From Nitrospirota bacterium (GTDB lineage: Bacteria > Nitrospirota > UBA9217): a stretch of 64,000 nt of DNA. Below are positions 9,454-19,472 of this stretch, piece after piece. The notes beneath the pieces are model-generated. The model did not search any database. It worked only from the letters and a program-made list of their open reading frames with translations, and was not told where the DNA came from. Position numbers and translations under genes: made by a program. The stretch is taken from NCBI GenBank assembly GCA_963754875.1, contig CAVWHO010000020.1, positions 320,001-384,000 of the forward strand, given 5' to 3'. Position 1 is the stretch's first letter. Each line of letters opens with the position of its first letter.

Positions 9454-11910
9454 ATGAAAGTAAAAGACCCGGTGTGCGGAATGACCATTGAAGACAAGGA
9501 TGCTGCGGGAATGGCATCCTATAAGGACATGACGTACTATTTCTGTTCCTCTTCCTGCCGGGAGAAGTTCGAGAAAGACCCTGCATTGTATGCGGTGAAG
9601 GAAAGTCCGAAAGAACAAGCGCCAGGCTCCTGTCCTGCCTGTGGAAGACCGTTGCTGCCTAATGAGCCCCATAGACACGTTGATTCAAAGGAATATACTT
9701 GCCCCATGCATCCTGAGGTCCGGCAACCCGGCCCGGGCGTGTGTCCGAAGTGCGGCATGGCGCTTGAGCCGGTCGAGCTGGCCGTTGCTTCATCCAAAAC
9801 AGAGTGGACCTGTCCCATGCATCCGGAGGTCGTGCGGGATGAGCCGGGAAGCTGCCCCATCTGCGGCATGGCCCTCGAACCGAAAACGATCACTGCCGAG
9901 GAACAGGAGAACCCGGAACTCATCGACATGACACGACGGCTCAAGATCAGCGTTGTTCTGTCCATCCCCCTGATCTACATCGCCATGGGCGGCCTCATCC
10001 CCGCGATCTCGCCGGAGAAATTCATTCCCCTGAGGATGCTGAAGTGGCTGGAACTGGTCCTAGCGACGCCTGTCGTGCTCTGGGGCGGGTGGCCGTTCTT
10101 CGTGCGCGGGTGGAAATCGATCATTACCTGGAACCCCAACATGTTTACGCTCATCGGCCTCGGTACGGGTGTGGCCTACGGGTACAGCATCGTAGCCGCG
10201 CTCTTCCCGGGGATGTTTCCTCCATCATTCCGCGGAAAAAACGGGGAGGCGGCAACGTATTTTGAAGCTGCCGCCGTTATTACGACCCTCGTGCTTCTGG
10301 GCCAGGTCTTGGAACTGCGGGCCCGGAGCAAGACCGGGGCAGCTATCAAAGCATTGCTCGGTCTAGCTCCGAAGACCGCTCGGCGTGTGCAGGGTGAGAC
10401 GGAAGAGGACGTCCCGCTCGAAAACGTCCACGCTGGCGATCTCCTGCGGGTACGGCCCGGTGAGAAGGTCCCTGTCGATGGGACGGTGACGGAAGGGTCG
10501 AGCAGCGTGGATGAATCCATGATCACCGGGGAACCGATGCCCATGGAAAAACATGCCGGCGACCGCGTTGTCGGCGCTACCGTGAACGGGACCGGCTCAT
10601 TCATCATGCGGGCGGAGAAAGTCGGCTCTGAGACCCTTCTTGCGCAGATTGTGCACATGGTGGCGGATGCCCAGCGGAGCCGTGCGCCGATCCAGAAGCT
10701 TGCGGACATCATCGCCGGATATTTTGTCCAGATAGTCGTCTCAATCGCAATTATAACCTTCATCGTGTGGGCCTGGATCGGACCGGAGCCCCGCTTTGTC
10801 TACGCATTGGTGAATGCCGTGGCAGTCCTGATTATTGCCTGCCCCTGCGCCCTCGGGCTCGCCACGCCTGTATCCATCATGGTCTCCATGGGCAAGGGCG
10901 CTACAGCGGGCGTGCTGTTCAAGAACGCCGAAGCCATCGAACTCATGCGAAAAGTGGATACTCTCGTCGTGGACAAGACCGGTACGCTTACCGTCGGGAA
11001 ACCGAAGCTGAATTCTGTTGCAACGAATGACGGGTTCGACGTGAAAACGCTTCTTCTTTATGCCGCGAGCATCGAGCGAGGGAGCGAACACCCTCTGGCC
11101 GCGGCCATCGTTGCAGGCGCACTCGAAAAGGGCGTGAGCCCGAAGAATGCCGAGTCCTTTCAGTCCAGTACCGGCAAAGGGGTCACCGGTAAGGTTGAAA
11201 GTCACGCTGTCGGACTCGGCAATCGCGCGCTGCTCGACGAGCTGCGCATCGATCCCGGCCACTTATCCGCAAAGGCGGAGGAGATGCGAAAGGACGGCCA
11301 GACGGTGATGTTCCTTGCCGTGGACGGAAAAGCAGCCGGCCTTCTGGGAGTGGCTGATCCGATAAAAGAAACAACGCTTGAGGCCGTGAAACTCCTTCAT
11401 GACGACGGCATCCGTATCGTGATGCTTACTGGCGATAACAAAACCACTGCCGAGACAATAGCGAAAAAGCTCCATATCGATGACGTGGTCGCGGAAGTGC
11501 TGCCGGACCAGAAAGCAGCTGTCGTGAAGCGGTTCCAGAGCGAAGGCCGGTTCGTGGCAATGGCAGGAGACGGGATCAACGACGCTCCCGCTCTCGCGCA
11601 GGCCCAGGTGGGCATCGCCATGGGCACCGGGACGGACGTGGCCATGGAGAGCGCTGGGGTGACGCTCGTGAAAGGCGACCTCCGCGGGATTCTCCGGGCG
11701 CGGCTTCTCTCCCGGGCCACGATGAAGAACATCAAGCAGAACCTGTTCTTCGCCTTTGTGTACAATTCCTTGGGAATCCCCGTTGCAGCGGGAGTACTCT
11801 ACCCATTCTTCGGGATCCTGCTCAGCCCTGTCTTCGCAGCGGCGGCGATGAGTTTCAGCTCCGTGTCAGTCATCGGGAACGCCCTGCGGTTGCGCAGGAC
11901 AAGCATATGA
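9454..11910 (+). CDS. copA: Cu(I)-translocating P1B-type ATPase with N-terminal YHS and two CPMHP domains
   Basis: [31 protein letters not shown] and MSFSS motifs. Confidence 0.93.
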   Translation: MKVKDPVCGMTIEDKDAAGMASYKDMTYYFCSSSCREKFEKDPALYAVKESPKEQAPGSCPACGRPLLPNEPHRHVDSKEYTCPMHPEVRQPGPGVCPKCGMALEPVELAVASSKTEWTCPMHPEVVRDEPGSCPICGMALEPKTITAEEQENPELIDMTRRLKISVVLSIPLIYIAMGGLIPAISPEKFIPLRMLKWLELVLATPVVLWGGWPFFVRGWKSIITWNPNMFTLIGLGTGVAYGYSIVAALFPGMFPPSFRGKNGEAATYFEAAAVITTLVLLGQVLELRARSKTGAAIKALLGLAPKTARRVQGETEEDVPLENVHAGDLLRVRPGEKVPVDGTVTEGSSSVDESMITGEPMPMEKHAGDRVVGATVNGTGSFIMRAEKVGSETLLAQIVHMVADAQRSRAPIQKLADIIAGYFVQIVVSIAIITFIVWAWIGPEPRFVYALVNAVAVLIIACPCALGLATPVSIMVSMGKGATAGVLFKNAEAIELMRKVDTLVVDKTGTLTVGKPKLNSVATNDGFDVKTLLLYAASIERGSEHPLAAAIVAGALEKGVSPKNAESFQSSTGKGVTGKVESHAVGLGNRALLDELRIDPGHLSAKAEEMRKDGQTVMFLAVDGKAAGLLGVADPIKETTLEAVKLLHDDGIRIVMLTGDNKTTAETIAKKLHIDDVVAEVLPDQKAAVVKRFQSEGRFVAMAGDGINDAPALAQAQVGIAMGTGTDVAMESAGVTLVKGDLRGILRARLLSRATMKNIKQNLFFAFVYNSLGIPVAAGVLYPFFGILLSPVFAAAAMSFSSVSVIGNALRLRRTSI

Positions 11911-12379
11911 AGGCATGTATGACCCCACCTGGACAAAGCATTATGCTACGAAGAAAGTATTAGTTTGCTATAATACTCTCCGATTGAAGCCCAGATCAAA
12001 AAAATGACGCCTGACCCTCCTTCGATAATACATTCTGGTATACTCAACCATATGGGATCAGATCTGCAATACGCATGAGATAGGTATCTGAATTTAACAG
12101 CTTTACCTTAACCGGTGCTTTCCATGTGACGACTTCCTTTTGAGCTATAGTCATGGACATTTGTCGCGGGAGTTCACGAAATAAAAACCCCTTTTTATGT
12201 TCCCGGTGATAACCAGCAGACTGTTCATTGCCATCATGCTGTCTATGCAAATATCTCATTTTCTCAACGCGATGTGGCAGAGACGGGCATGAACCGTTCC
12301 TTTACTGTCCAGACGGGAGTTGGGGAAAGCGGCGGTCAATCACCAGGCACGGGAAACAAGTCCCTCCTATGAGGCAGAA

Positions 12380-13114
12380 ATGATGATCAAAAAGAGCCAT
12401 GTAATGGCACTCTGTTTGGCAGCGGTATTCGTCCTGTACGGAGCGGGCGTACGCGCGGAGCAGACGTCCGGGGCGTGCATAACCTGCCACACCTTTCTCG
12501 GCGGCAAGCTTGCGCAGCCCGTTGCGGAATGGAAAGGTTCGATCCATCAGCAGAACGGCATAACCTGCGATTTCTGTCATGGTGGCGATGCAGGCGTTGA
12601 TGTGGGGACTGTACGGGATCTCGCGGGGCAGGAGTTTGCGGACAGGATGTCGCGCGCAATGTCTAAATCCCAGGGTTTCATCGGCAAGCCTTCCGGAAAA
12701 GCGATGTTCGCCATGTGCTCCAAGTGCCACAGAGATTCCGTCGAACGGTATGCAAAGAGCATCATGGGCAGGTCCTATCTTGAGAACAAGGGCGGGCCCT
12801 CCTGTGTTACCTGCCACCATGCACACCGCAATGCCATGCCCGACGTGCCCAAGGTTTGCGAAAGCTGCCACAAGGATATAGAAGGGTTCGACCAGATCGA
12901 CCCGATGGATGTGACCGAATCAACGGTGAATGCGTTATCAGGCATACGGATAAAGCTCGCCCAGGCGAAAATGATCGGCAAGCAGCCGCCCTTCATACCC
13001 GAGTTTCCCGTGGACCTCGATGCTTTCCAAATAGGGTTCGTCGCATTCGGCGCCGTGCTTGTCCTGTTCTGCATCGGCTATATCGTGTACGTCGTACTGG
13101 AACGGAGGAGATGA
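12380..13114 (+). CDS. Pentaheme cytochrome c with signal peptide and C-terminal membrane anchor
   Basis: CITCH, CDFCH, CSKCH, CVTCH, CESCH. Hydrophobic N- and C-termini. Confidence 0.85.
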   Translation: MMIKKSHVMALCLAAVFVLYGAGVRAEQTSGACITCHTFLGGKLAQPVAEWKGSIHQQNGITCDFCHGGDAGVDVGTVRDLAGQEFADRMSRAMSKSQGFIGKPSGKAMFAMCSKCHRDSVERYAKSIMGRSYLENKGGPSCVTCHHAHRNAMPDVPKVCESCHKDIEGFDQIDPMDVTESTVNALSGIRIKLAQAKMIGKQPPFIPEFPVDLDAFQIGFVAFGAVLVLFCIGYIVYVVLERRR

Positions 13115-13115
13115 T

Positions 13116-13379
13116 ATGAGCTTTGAGACCATTCAGACGAAGAGGCCTGCCTATCCAAAAGCCGCCGTGATCGCGGTCCTGGTCCTGTCAATCCTCCTTC
13201 TCGGTGCAGGCGCCGAGTTCGCCTATTTCCTGGTATCGGGCAAGGGAAACGATTACCTCTGGGGCACGCTGCTGGCCGTGGAGTTCCTGATCGCAGGTAT
13301 TGAGATCGTCCTCTTTGCACGCTATTTTGTTCCGTTCAGGGAGGTATCGGAGGACCGTGAGGAGGAGCTGCTATGGTAG
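13116..13379 (+). CDS. Small two-TM membrane protein, probable subunit of the Rieske/cytochrome b complex
   Basis: Two hydrophobic stretches. Tightly coupled between the cytochrome and Rieske genes. Confidence 0.65.
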   Translation: MSFETIQTKRPAYPKAAVIAVLVLSILLLGAGAEFAYFLVSGKGNDYLWGTLLAVEFLIAGIEIVLFARYFVPFREVSEDREEELLW

Positions 13380-13987
13380 ACGGGAACACCGGCAGCAATG
13401 ACAACAAGGAAGGCATCAGCCGGAGAAGGTTCACCCTCGGGATGCTCCTTGCGTCCGTGGCAGGAGCCTTCGGGTCTCTTTTTGCCCTGCTCAAAGTGCT
13501 GGCTCCCGCAAAAAAGGGCGGAGGCTATGCAACGACCATAAAGCCCGGTGATGGGCTTGTCTATGCTCAGGGAGGCAATGCGGGTGCTCCCGTCACGGCT
13601 TCATCGATGAAGCCGGGCGACGCCGTGCTCGCCTATCCCACGGGCAAGTCATCGAATCCGGCAAACCTGGTCCAGTTGATCAAACTGGAGGAGAAGGCAT
13701 TCATACCGCCAACCGACATCGCACTGACGGACCAGGGGTTCGTGGCCTACAGCGCCATCTGCACTCATCTCGGCTGCACCGTCTCCTGGATGGCGAACCG
13801 GGAATCACCCACAGCATCGTTTACGGAATGTTTCTGCCACAACAGCATTTTCAATCCTGCCCAGGGCGCGAAGGTCATGGGCGGGCCTGCACCGATCCCT
13901 CTCGCACAGATTGGAGTGAAGGTGAAACAGGACGGGACGCTTATCTTTACGAGCGATTTCAACGGCCCGATCGGGCCGCAGGTATAA
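13373..13987 (+). CDS. Rieske 2Fe-2S subunit of quinol:cytochrome c oxidoreductase
   Basis: Tat motif SRRRF, CTHLGC and CFCHNSIF boxes, GGPAPIPL. Confidence 0.9.
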   Translation: MVDGNTGSNDNKEGISRRRFTLGMLLASVAGAFGSLFALLKVLAPAKKGGGYATTIKPGDGLVYAQGGNAGAPVTASSMKPGDAVLAYPTGKSSNPANLVQLIKLEEKAFIPPTDIALTDQGFVAYSAICTHLGCTVSWMANRESPTASFTECFCHNSIFNPAQGAKVMGGPAPIPLAQIGVKVKQDGTLIFTSDFNGPIGPQV

Positions 13988-14004
13988 GAGGCGAGGATTC
14001 TGCC

Positions 14005-15252
14005 ATGGTCTTTAAATGGTTCGATGAACGGCTGGAGCTCAGAAAGTTCAAAGAAAAGTTCCTGAGCAAGACATTCCCGACCCACCCCACGTTCCTGCTC
14101 GGAGAAACGGCGTTGTTCGCCTTCATTACTCTTATCATAACGGGCGTCTTCCTCGGGTTTCTCTATGAGCCTTCGACCACGATGGTTTCTCTCTTCGGTG
14201 CGATGGTTCCGGCAGCCTATGCGAGCGTGGTGAGAATAGACCTGCTCCCCATGGGCCTGATCATCAGACGCATCCACCACTGGTCGGCAATGATAATGAT
14301 CGCCGCCATAATCGCACATCTCCTGCGGGTCTATTTTACGGCGTCCTACCGGAAGCCGCGGGAAATCAACTGGCTCGTGGGGCTCAGCTTGTGGGGTACG
14401 GCCATGGTCGCGGCATTCACCGGCTATTTGCTGCCCTACAGCCAGTTCTCGGTGACTGCCACGTCTATTGCCTACTATATGGCAAAGTCGGTGCCCTGGG
14501 TCGGGGAATGGATGTCCCGACTCCTCTTTGCAGGCGACTTTCCTTCGGACGGGACCGTCCCCCGCTTCTTCTTCATGCATGTCATGCTGATCCCGACGGC
14601 ACTGATCGGTCTCATCGGCGTGCACATGCTCATCCTGATCAAACAAAAACATACGGAGCCCCGGTCCAACAAGGACCGAAAGGAGGCACAGGGCGGGAAG
14701 AGGCTCATCGGCATCCCGATCTGGCCCGAACAGACCGTCATCAGCCTGTCTTTTTTCCTGTTCCTGCTGTTCGTGGTCGTGACTATGGCGACGTATATCC
14801 CCTTGAACCCGATAGAAACGTATGGCCCACCGTCGCCGGGAACACCCGTGATGAGGCCTGACTGGTATTTCCTCGTTGTGTACGGTTTCCTGAAGCTGGT
14901 GCCCGGCGATTTGTCATTTTCCATCCTGGGAGGGAAGATCACGCCCGAAACCATCGGCGGCGTCATCTTTCCCGCAGCCACATTCGTTGCGTATGCATTG
15001 GTCCCTTTCCTCGACCGGTCAAAGGGCCCGCAGTACTATATGGAAAATCCGCTCCACCGGCCCTTCATGACCTCGTTAGGCATTGGGGCCATAGTTTTCC
15101 TCTGCATGATGGTCGTGGCCGGGTACATCGACGTGCTCCATATCACGCCGAGGACCATGACCGTCTCCGCGGTCCTCGCAACGGCGGCGGCGTGGAGCAT
15201 CAGCTACGGCTTACTGCACTGGTACAACAGAAAGAGAGGCGACAATGTCTAA
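14005..15252 (+). CDS. Cytochrome b subunit (cytochrome b plus subunit-IV-like region, fused)
   Basis: RRIHHWSA..AHLLRV, YRKPREINW, FTGYLLPY, RFFFMHV...VH, PDWY motif. Confidence 0.92.
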   Translation: MVFKWFDERLELRKFKEKFLSKTFPTHPTFLLGETALFAFITLIITGVFLGFLYEPSTTMVSLFGAMVPAAYASVVRIDLLPMGLIIRRIHHWSAMIMIAAIIAHLLRVYFTASYRKPREINWLVGLSLWGTAMVAAFTGYLLPYSQFSVTATSIAYYMAKSVPWVGEWMSRLLFAGDFPSDGTVPRFFFMHVMLIPTALIGLIGVHMLILIKQKHTEPRSNKDRKEAQGGKRLIGIPIWPEQTVISLSFFLFLLFVVVTMATYIPLNPIETYGPPSPGTPVMRPDWYFLVVYGFLKLVPGDLSFSILGGKITPETIGGVIFPAATFVAYALVPFLDRSKGPQYYMENPLHRPFMTSLGIGAIVFLCMMVVAGYIDVLHITPRTMTVSAVLATAAAWSISYGLLHWYNRKRGDNV

Positions 15253-16000
15253 GCGTGGTCACGCTCTCCTCTGCGCCCTTCTCGCGTGCGGCGCATTCCT
15301 GTTCACCGCAGCCGCAAACGGCGCTGACGGAAATAAAACCTCGAATTCCTGCGTTGCCTGCCATTCCCGGCTTCCGGGAAGCAGTTTCGTGGGCGCAAAG
15401 TCCCACAGCTGGAAGGGATCGATACACCAGAAGCACGGAGTGACCTGCGACAAATGCCATAAAGGCGACCCCCGCGCTTCCGGGCAGAAGGAGGCCCATG
15501 CAGGGGTCCTCGCCTCCAGCGATCCCCAAAGCTCAGTTTACTACAAGAACATCCCGTCAACCTGCGGCCAGTGCCACGGGGCCGAATTCTATAAATTCAC
15601 CCAGAGCTTGCATTACAAGAGGCTCGAATCGGAAGGAAAGGGGCCCGAATGCGTAACGTGCCACGGATCGATGGTCACCGGTATCTTAACGCCTGACACC
15701 ATCGCGGCCGTGTGTGAGCGGTGCCACAATGCGCGGATAGGCGTCTTTCCCTATGTGCCGCAAAAAGCGAAGGCTGTTTTGCTTTTATTGAAGGAAAGCA
15801 ATGCACTTCTCGATGCAAACGTGAAGCTTAATCGTTCTGCCAGCGGCACCGAAAGGGCAGGAGACCTGCGTGATGCCCGGACCTCGCTGCACTCTGCCAT
15901 GCTCGACTGGCACAAATTCGATCTCGACACGATCATTGCCGACTTGCAGGATTTTTACAATTCTATGAATAAACGGTCTCCGGGGAACATGCACCAGTAG
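15245..16000 (+). CDS. Periplasmic pentaheme cytochrome c
   Basis: Signal peptide. CVACH, CDKCH, CGQCH, CVTCH, CERCH. Paralogous to 12380-13114 (shared WKGSIHQ..G.TC..CH.GD and KGGPSCVTCH/KGPECVTCH). Confidence 0.85.
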   Translation: MSKRGHALLCALLACGAFLFTAAANGADGNKTSNSCVACHSRLPGSSFVGAKSHSWKGSIHQKHGVTCDKCHKGDPRASGQKEAHAGVLASSDPQSSVYYKNIPSTCGQCHGAEFYKFTQSLHYKRLESEGKGPECVTCHGSMVTGILTPDTIAAVCERCHNARIGVFPYVPQKAKAVLLLLKESNALLDANVKLNRSASGTERAGDLRDARTSLHSAMLDWHKFDLDTIIADLQDFYNSMNKRSPGNMHQ

Positions 16001-16237
16001 GCGGAAGTTCCTCACTGTATTTTGATTCTCAGGTATTGGAGCCAGCCTTATTGTTTTCCTGCTCGGCAGTTCTTTCGATCACACCCATCGGCTGAAAGTA
16101 CACACTCGGGATGTTGACCTACGCCCTCCTGTGGTTCTTGTTTAAAAACGTCGCCAAGATAGGGGCATACCGGCCGATGCGGAGGCGGGAAATCCTTTTG
16201 TAATGGCAGTATGCTTGTAGAAGTATGGAGAAATGCT

Positions 16238-16924
16238 GTGAAACCATCGACCGATATGGTGTTTCTATTCGACGTTGACAACACGTTGCTTGATAACGAC
16301 CGGGTGGAAATGGACCTTCGGCGCCACCTCGAAAGCGAGTTCGGGGTTGAAAGCAAAAACCGGTATTTTGCCATTCTGGAAGAGCTGCGGGCTGAGCTCG
16401 GATATACGGATTACCTGGGCGCCTTGCAGCGTTACCGGCTCGAAAAGCAGTGCGATCACCGGCTCCTCATGATGTCATCATTCCTCGTAGATTATCCGTT
16501 TGCAGACAGATTGTACCCGCAATCGCTGGATGTCCTTAAACACGTGCAGGCATGGGGGCCGGCGGTGATCCTGTCCGACGGCGATGTCGTCTTTCAGCCG
16601 CGTAAAGTCCAGAGATCGGGGTTGTGGGACGTCGTTGAGGGCCGCGTTCTCATCTATGTTCACAAAGAACGTATGCTGGCCGACATAGAGAAGCGCTATC
16701 CGGCGCGACATTATATAATGGTGGATGACAAGCTGCGTATTCTCGCAGCCATGAAAAGCAGCTGGGGCGACCGGTTGACGACGGTCTTTCCTTGCCAGGG
16801 CCACTATGCGCTCGATCAAAGAAATGTCGATGCCTACCCGCGGGCTCAAATAACCGTTGAGCGGATCGGCGATCTCCTGCAGTACGACCTGGCCGCGTTT
16901 CTCGGCGCCGACGGGAAACGCTAG
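16238..16924 (+). CDS. HAD-family hydrolase
   Basis: FLFDVDNTLLDND, ILSDGDVVFQPRK, MVDDKLRIL. Start uncertain (16211, 16238 or 16256). Confidence 0.85.
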   Translation: MKPSTDMVFLFDVDNTLLDNDRVEMDLRRHLESEFGVESKNRYFAILEELRAELGYTDYLGALQRYRLEKQCDHRLLMMSSFLVDYPFADRLYPQSLDVLKHVQAWGPAVILSDGDVVFQPRKVQRSGLWDVVEGRVLIYVHKERMLADIEKRYPARHYIMVDDKLRILAAMKSSWGDRLTTVFPCQGHYALDQRNVDAYPRAQITVERIGDLLQYDLAAFLGADGKR

Positions 16925-17253
16925 AACGGCAGCGTCGAATATCGCTTCTCATCAATTGTCCGAACGTGATCAATCTGTTGCGGAGCAGACGACGCCGGCG
17001 TCAAGAGGACTCCTTACGAACTGATAGCACGGAACAATGTTCGGGTGGATCTCAGTTTGCTGCTTGCACCTGACACGCGCATTACAGCGGGTCTCTGCCT
17101 TGAAACTTACGGACAGTGCTCTATAATAGAGGTAAGGCAATGAACAGGTAATGTGTGATTTATGCGAATTCGCAATGTCACGCTTTATCATCCATTGACG
17201 TAAAAGAGCGTGAGGTTGAATTTCACTTGAATTTTAAGAAAAGAGGAGGACTT

Positions 17254-17703
17254 ATGATTTCAAAGATTCTTGTGCCAATAGACGGTTCGAAAATGTCACA
17301 CAAGGCGGCAAAATACGCGCTCGAGCTCGCGAAGCAAACGGGCGCATCTTTGACGCTGCTGAGCGTCATCGATAATCGCTTCGTCGTCGAGCAGGCGGTT
17401 TCAGCTTCTGCATCGCCCACCCATTTAAAAGAGGCTGTCGAAGATTATCTGAAGCAGTCAGTGCAATCCTCCACGGACGAGATAGCAAAGGAATGCAGAC
17501 GGAATCGCATTCAATGCAAAGCGACAATAAGGACAGGGCATCCTGTGGAAGAAATTGTGAACGAAGCGACAAAATCAAGAGTCCACCTGATTGTTATGGG
17601 CTCCCATGGTAAAAGCGCCCTTAAAGCGGCCGTGCTCGGCAGCGTTACGTACGGCGTGATACATAAAGACTCTAAAATTCCTGTACTCATCGTGAGACGA
17701 TGA
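17254..17703 (+). CDS. Universal stress protein
   Basis: KILVPIDGS, GHPVEEI, LIVMGSHG, LGSVT, PVLIVR. RBS GAGGAGG. Confidence 0.9.
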   Translation: MISKILVPIDGSKMSHKAAKYALELAKQTGASLTLLSVIDNRFVVEQAVSASASPTHLKEAVEDYLKQSVQSSTDEIAKECRRNRIQCKATIRTGHPVEEIVNEATKSRVHLIVMGSHGKSALKAAVLGSVTYGVIHKDSKIPVLIVRR

Positions 17704-17777
17704 TCACAAGGTCTGGAAAATAGTTCTCATGTTAGGGATAAAGCAAGGCAGCCGCTATGGCATTTGAAGGAAACGCT

Positions 17778-19472
17778 ATGAACGTGAGCCCTTGGGCAGG
17801 AAAGCCCGCGGAACCATCCATACTCGTAAACGTGCCCAAACTTATTACAGCCTATTATACCGAGATGCCTGACCCTTCGGTGCCGGAGCAACGGGTTTCC
17901 TTCGGCACCTCAGGACATCGTGGTTCTGCGCTAGAAAAGGCTTTCAATGAGTGGCACATCCTCGCCATCACCCAGGCTATTTGCTTTTATCGCCAAGGGA
18001 AGAAAATAGATGGCCCCTTGTTTCTCGGCATGGACACGCATGCCCTTTCAGTGCCGGCTCTTGCCAGCGCGCTGGAAGTTCTGGCGGCCAACGGCGTAGA
18101 AGTCATGATTGCCGAGAAAGATGAATACACTCCTACTCCTACTATTTCCCACGCAATTCTCACGTACAACCGCGGACGCACGAAAGGACTTGCGGACGGC
18201 ATCGTGATCACTCCTTCCCATAACCCGCCTGACGATGGAGGCTTCAAGTACAATCCCCCAAACGGCGGTCCAGCAGAGCAGGACGTAACCGGCTGGATCG
18301 GGAAGACGGCGAACGAGTTTCTTGCGAATGAGCTGAAGGGTGTGAAAAGAACGACGTATATGAAGGCGATTCGTGCCGATACGACGCATCGCCACGATTA
18401 CCTTAATGCCTATGTAAACGATCTAGGCAGCGTGATTGACATGGATGCTATTCGGGCTGCGAATATCCATCTAGGTGTGGACCCGCTTGGCGGCGCCGGA
18501 GTCCACTATTGGCCTGTCATTGCCGAACGATACGGGCTAGATCTCACCGTCGTAAACGACGTCATCGATCCCACGTTCCGTTTCATGACCGTTGATTGGG
18601 ACGGCAGGATCAGGATGGACCCTTCGTCGCCTTATGCGATGCAGCGGTTGATCGGGCTGAAGGACCGCTTCGACGTGGCCTTTGCCTGCGACACCGACCA
18701 TGACCGGCACGGAATTGTCACCCGGAGCGAGGGGCTGCTGCCCCCCAATCACTATCTTTCCGCAGCCGTCTTCTATCTTTTTCAACACCGGCCGAACTGG
18801 CGCAAGGAAGCGGCAATCGGCAAGACGGTCGTGAGCAGCCGGATGCTCGACCTCGTCGCTGCGAAGCTCGGACGGACACTCTACGAAGTTCCCGTGGGGT
18901 TCAAGTGGTTTGTCGACGGCCTGCTCAACGGTTCTCTCGGGTTCGGCGGCGAGGAGAGCGCGGGCGCGTCATTCCTTCGTCGCGACGGTACCGTCTGGAC
19001 GACTGACAAGGATGGCATCGTGCCGGCCCTGCTCGCGGCGGAGATCACGGCGCGGATGGGGCGCGACCCCGGCGAGATCTACCGTGAGCTTACCGTCGAG
19101 TTAGGAGAACCGCTGTACGACAGGATCGAAGCGCCGGCGACTCCCGAGCAAAAAGAGATCTTGAAAAAACTCTCTCCGCGCCAGGTTACGTCGACCGTAT
19201 TGGCCGGTGAGAAGATAGAGAGCATCATCACCCTGGCTCCCGGCAACAACGCTTCGATCGGCGGCCTGAAGGTCAGCGCGAAGAGCGGCTGGTTTGCAGC
19301 ACGGCCGTCGGGGACCGAGGACATCTACAAGATATACGTGGAAAGCTTCCTCGGCAAGGACCATTTGCACCGCATCCAGGAGGAAGCACAGACGATCGTC
19401 AGCGATACTCTGGCGGCGTCTCCGCAACAGCCGGAGATTCCGTCCAGGACGCATTTGATGGAGAGGCAATGA
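17778..19472 (+). CDS. pgm: Phosphoglucomutase (alpha-D-glucose-1,6-bisphosphate dependent)
   Basis: FGTSGHRG, TPSHNPP, DTDHDRH, GEESAG, RPSGTE. Alternative start 17757. Confidence 0.95.
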   Translation: MNVSPWAGKPAEPSILVNVPKLITAYYTEMPDPSVPEQRVSFGTSGHRGSALEKAFNEWHILAITQAICFYRQGKKIDGPLFLGMDTHALSVPALASALEVLAANGVEVMIAEKDEYTPTPTISHAILTYNRGRTKGLADGIVITPSHNPPDDGGFKYNPPNGGPAEQDVTGWIGKTANEFLANELKGVKRTTYMKAIRADTTHRHDYLNAYVNDLGSVIDMDAIRAANIHLGVDPLGGAGVHYWPVIAERYGLDLTVVNDVIDPTFRFMTVDWDGRIRMDPSSPYAMQRLIGLKDRFDVAFACDTDHDRHGIVTRSEGLLPPNHYLSAAVFYLFQHRPNWRKEAAIGKTVVSSRMLDLVAAKLGRTLYEVPVGFKWFVDGLLNGSLGFGGEESAGASFLRRDGTVWTTDKDGIVPALLAAEITARMGRDPGEIYRELTVELGEPLYDRIEAPATPEQKEILKKLSPRQVTSTVLAGEKIESIITLAPGNNASIGGLKVSAKSGWFAARPSGTEDIYKIYVESFLGKDHLHRIQEEAQTIVSDTLAASPQQPEIPSRTHLMERQ

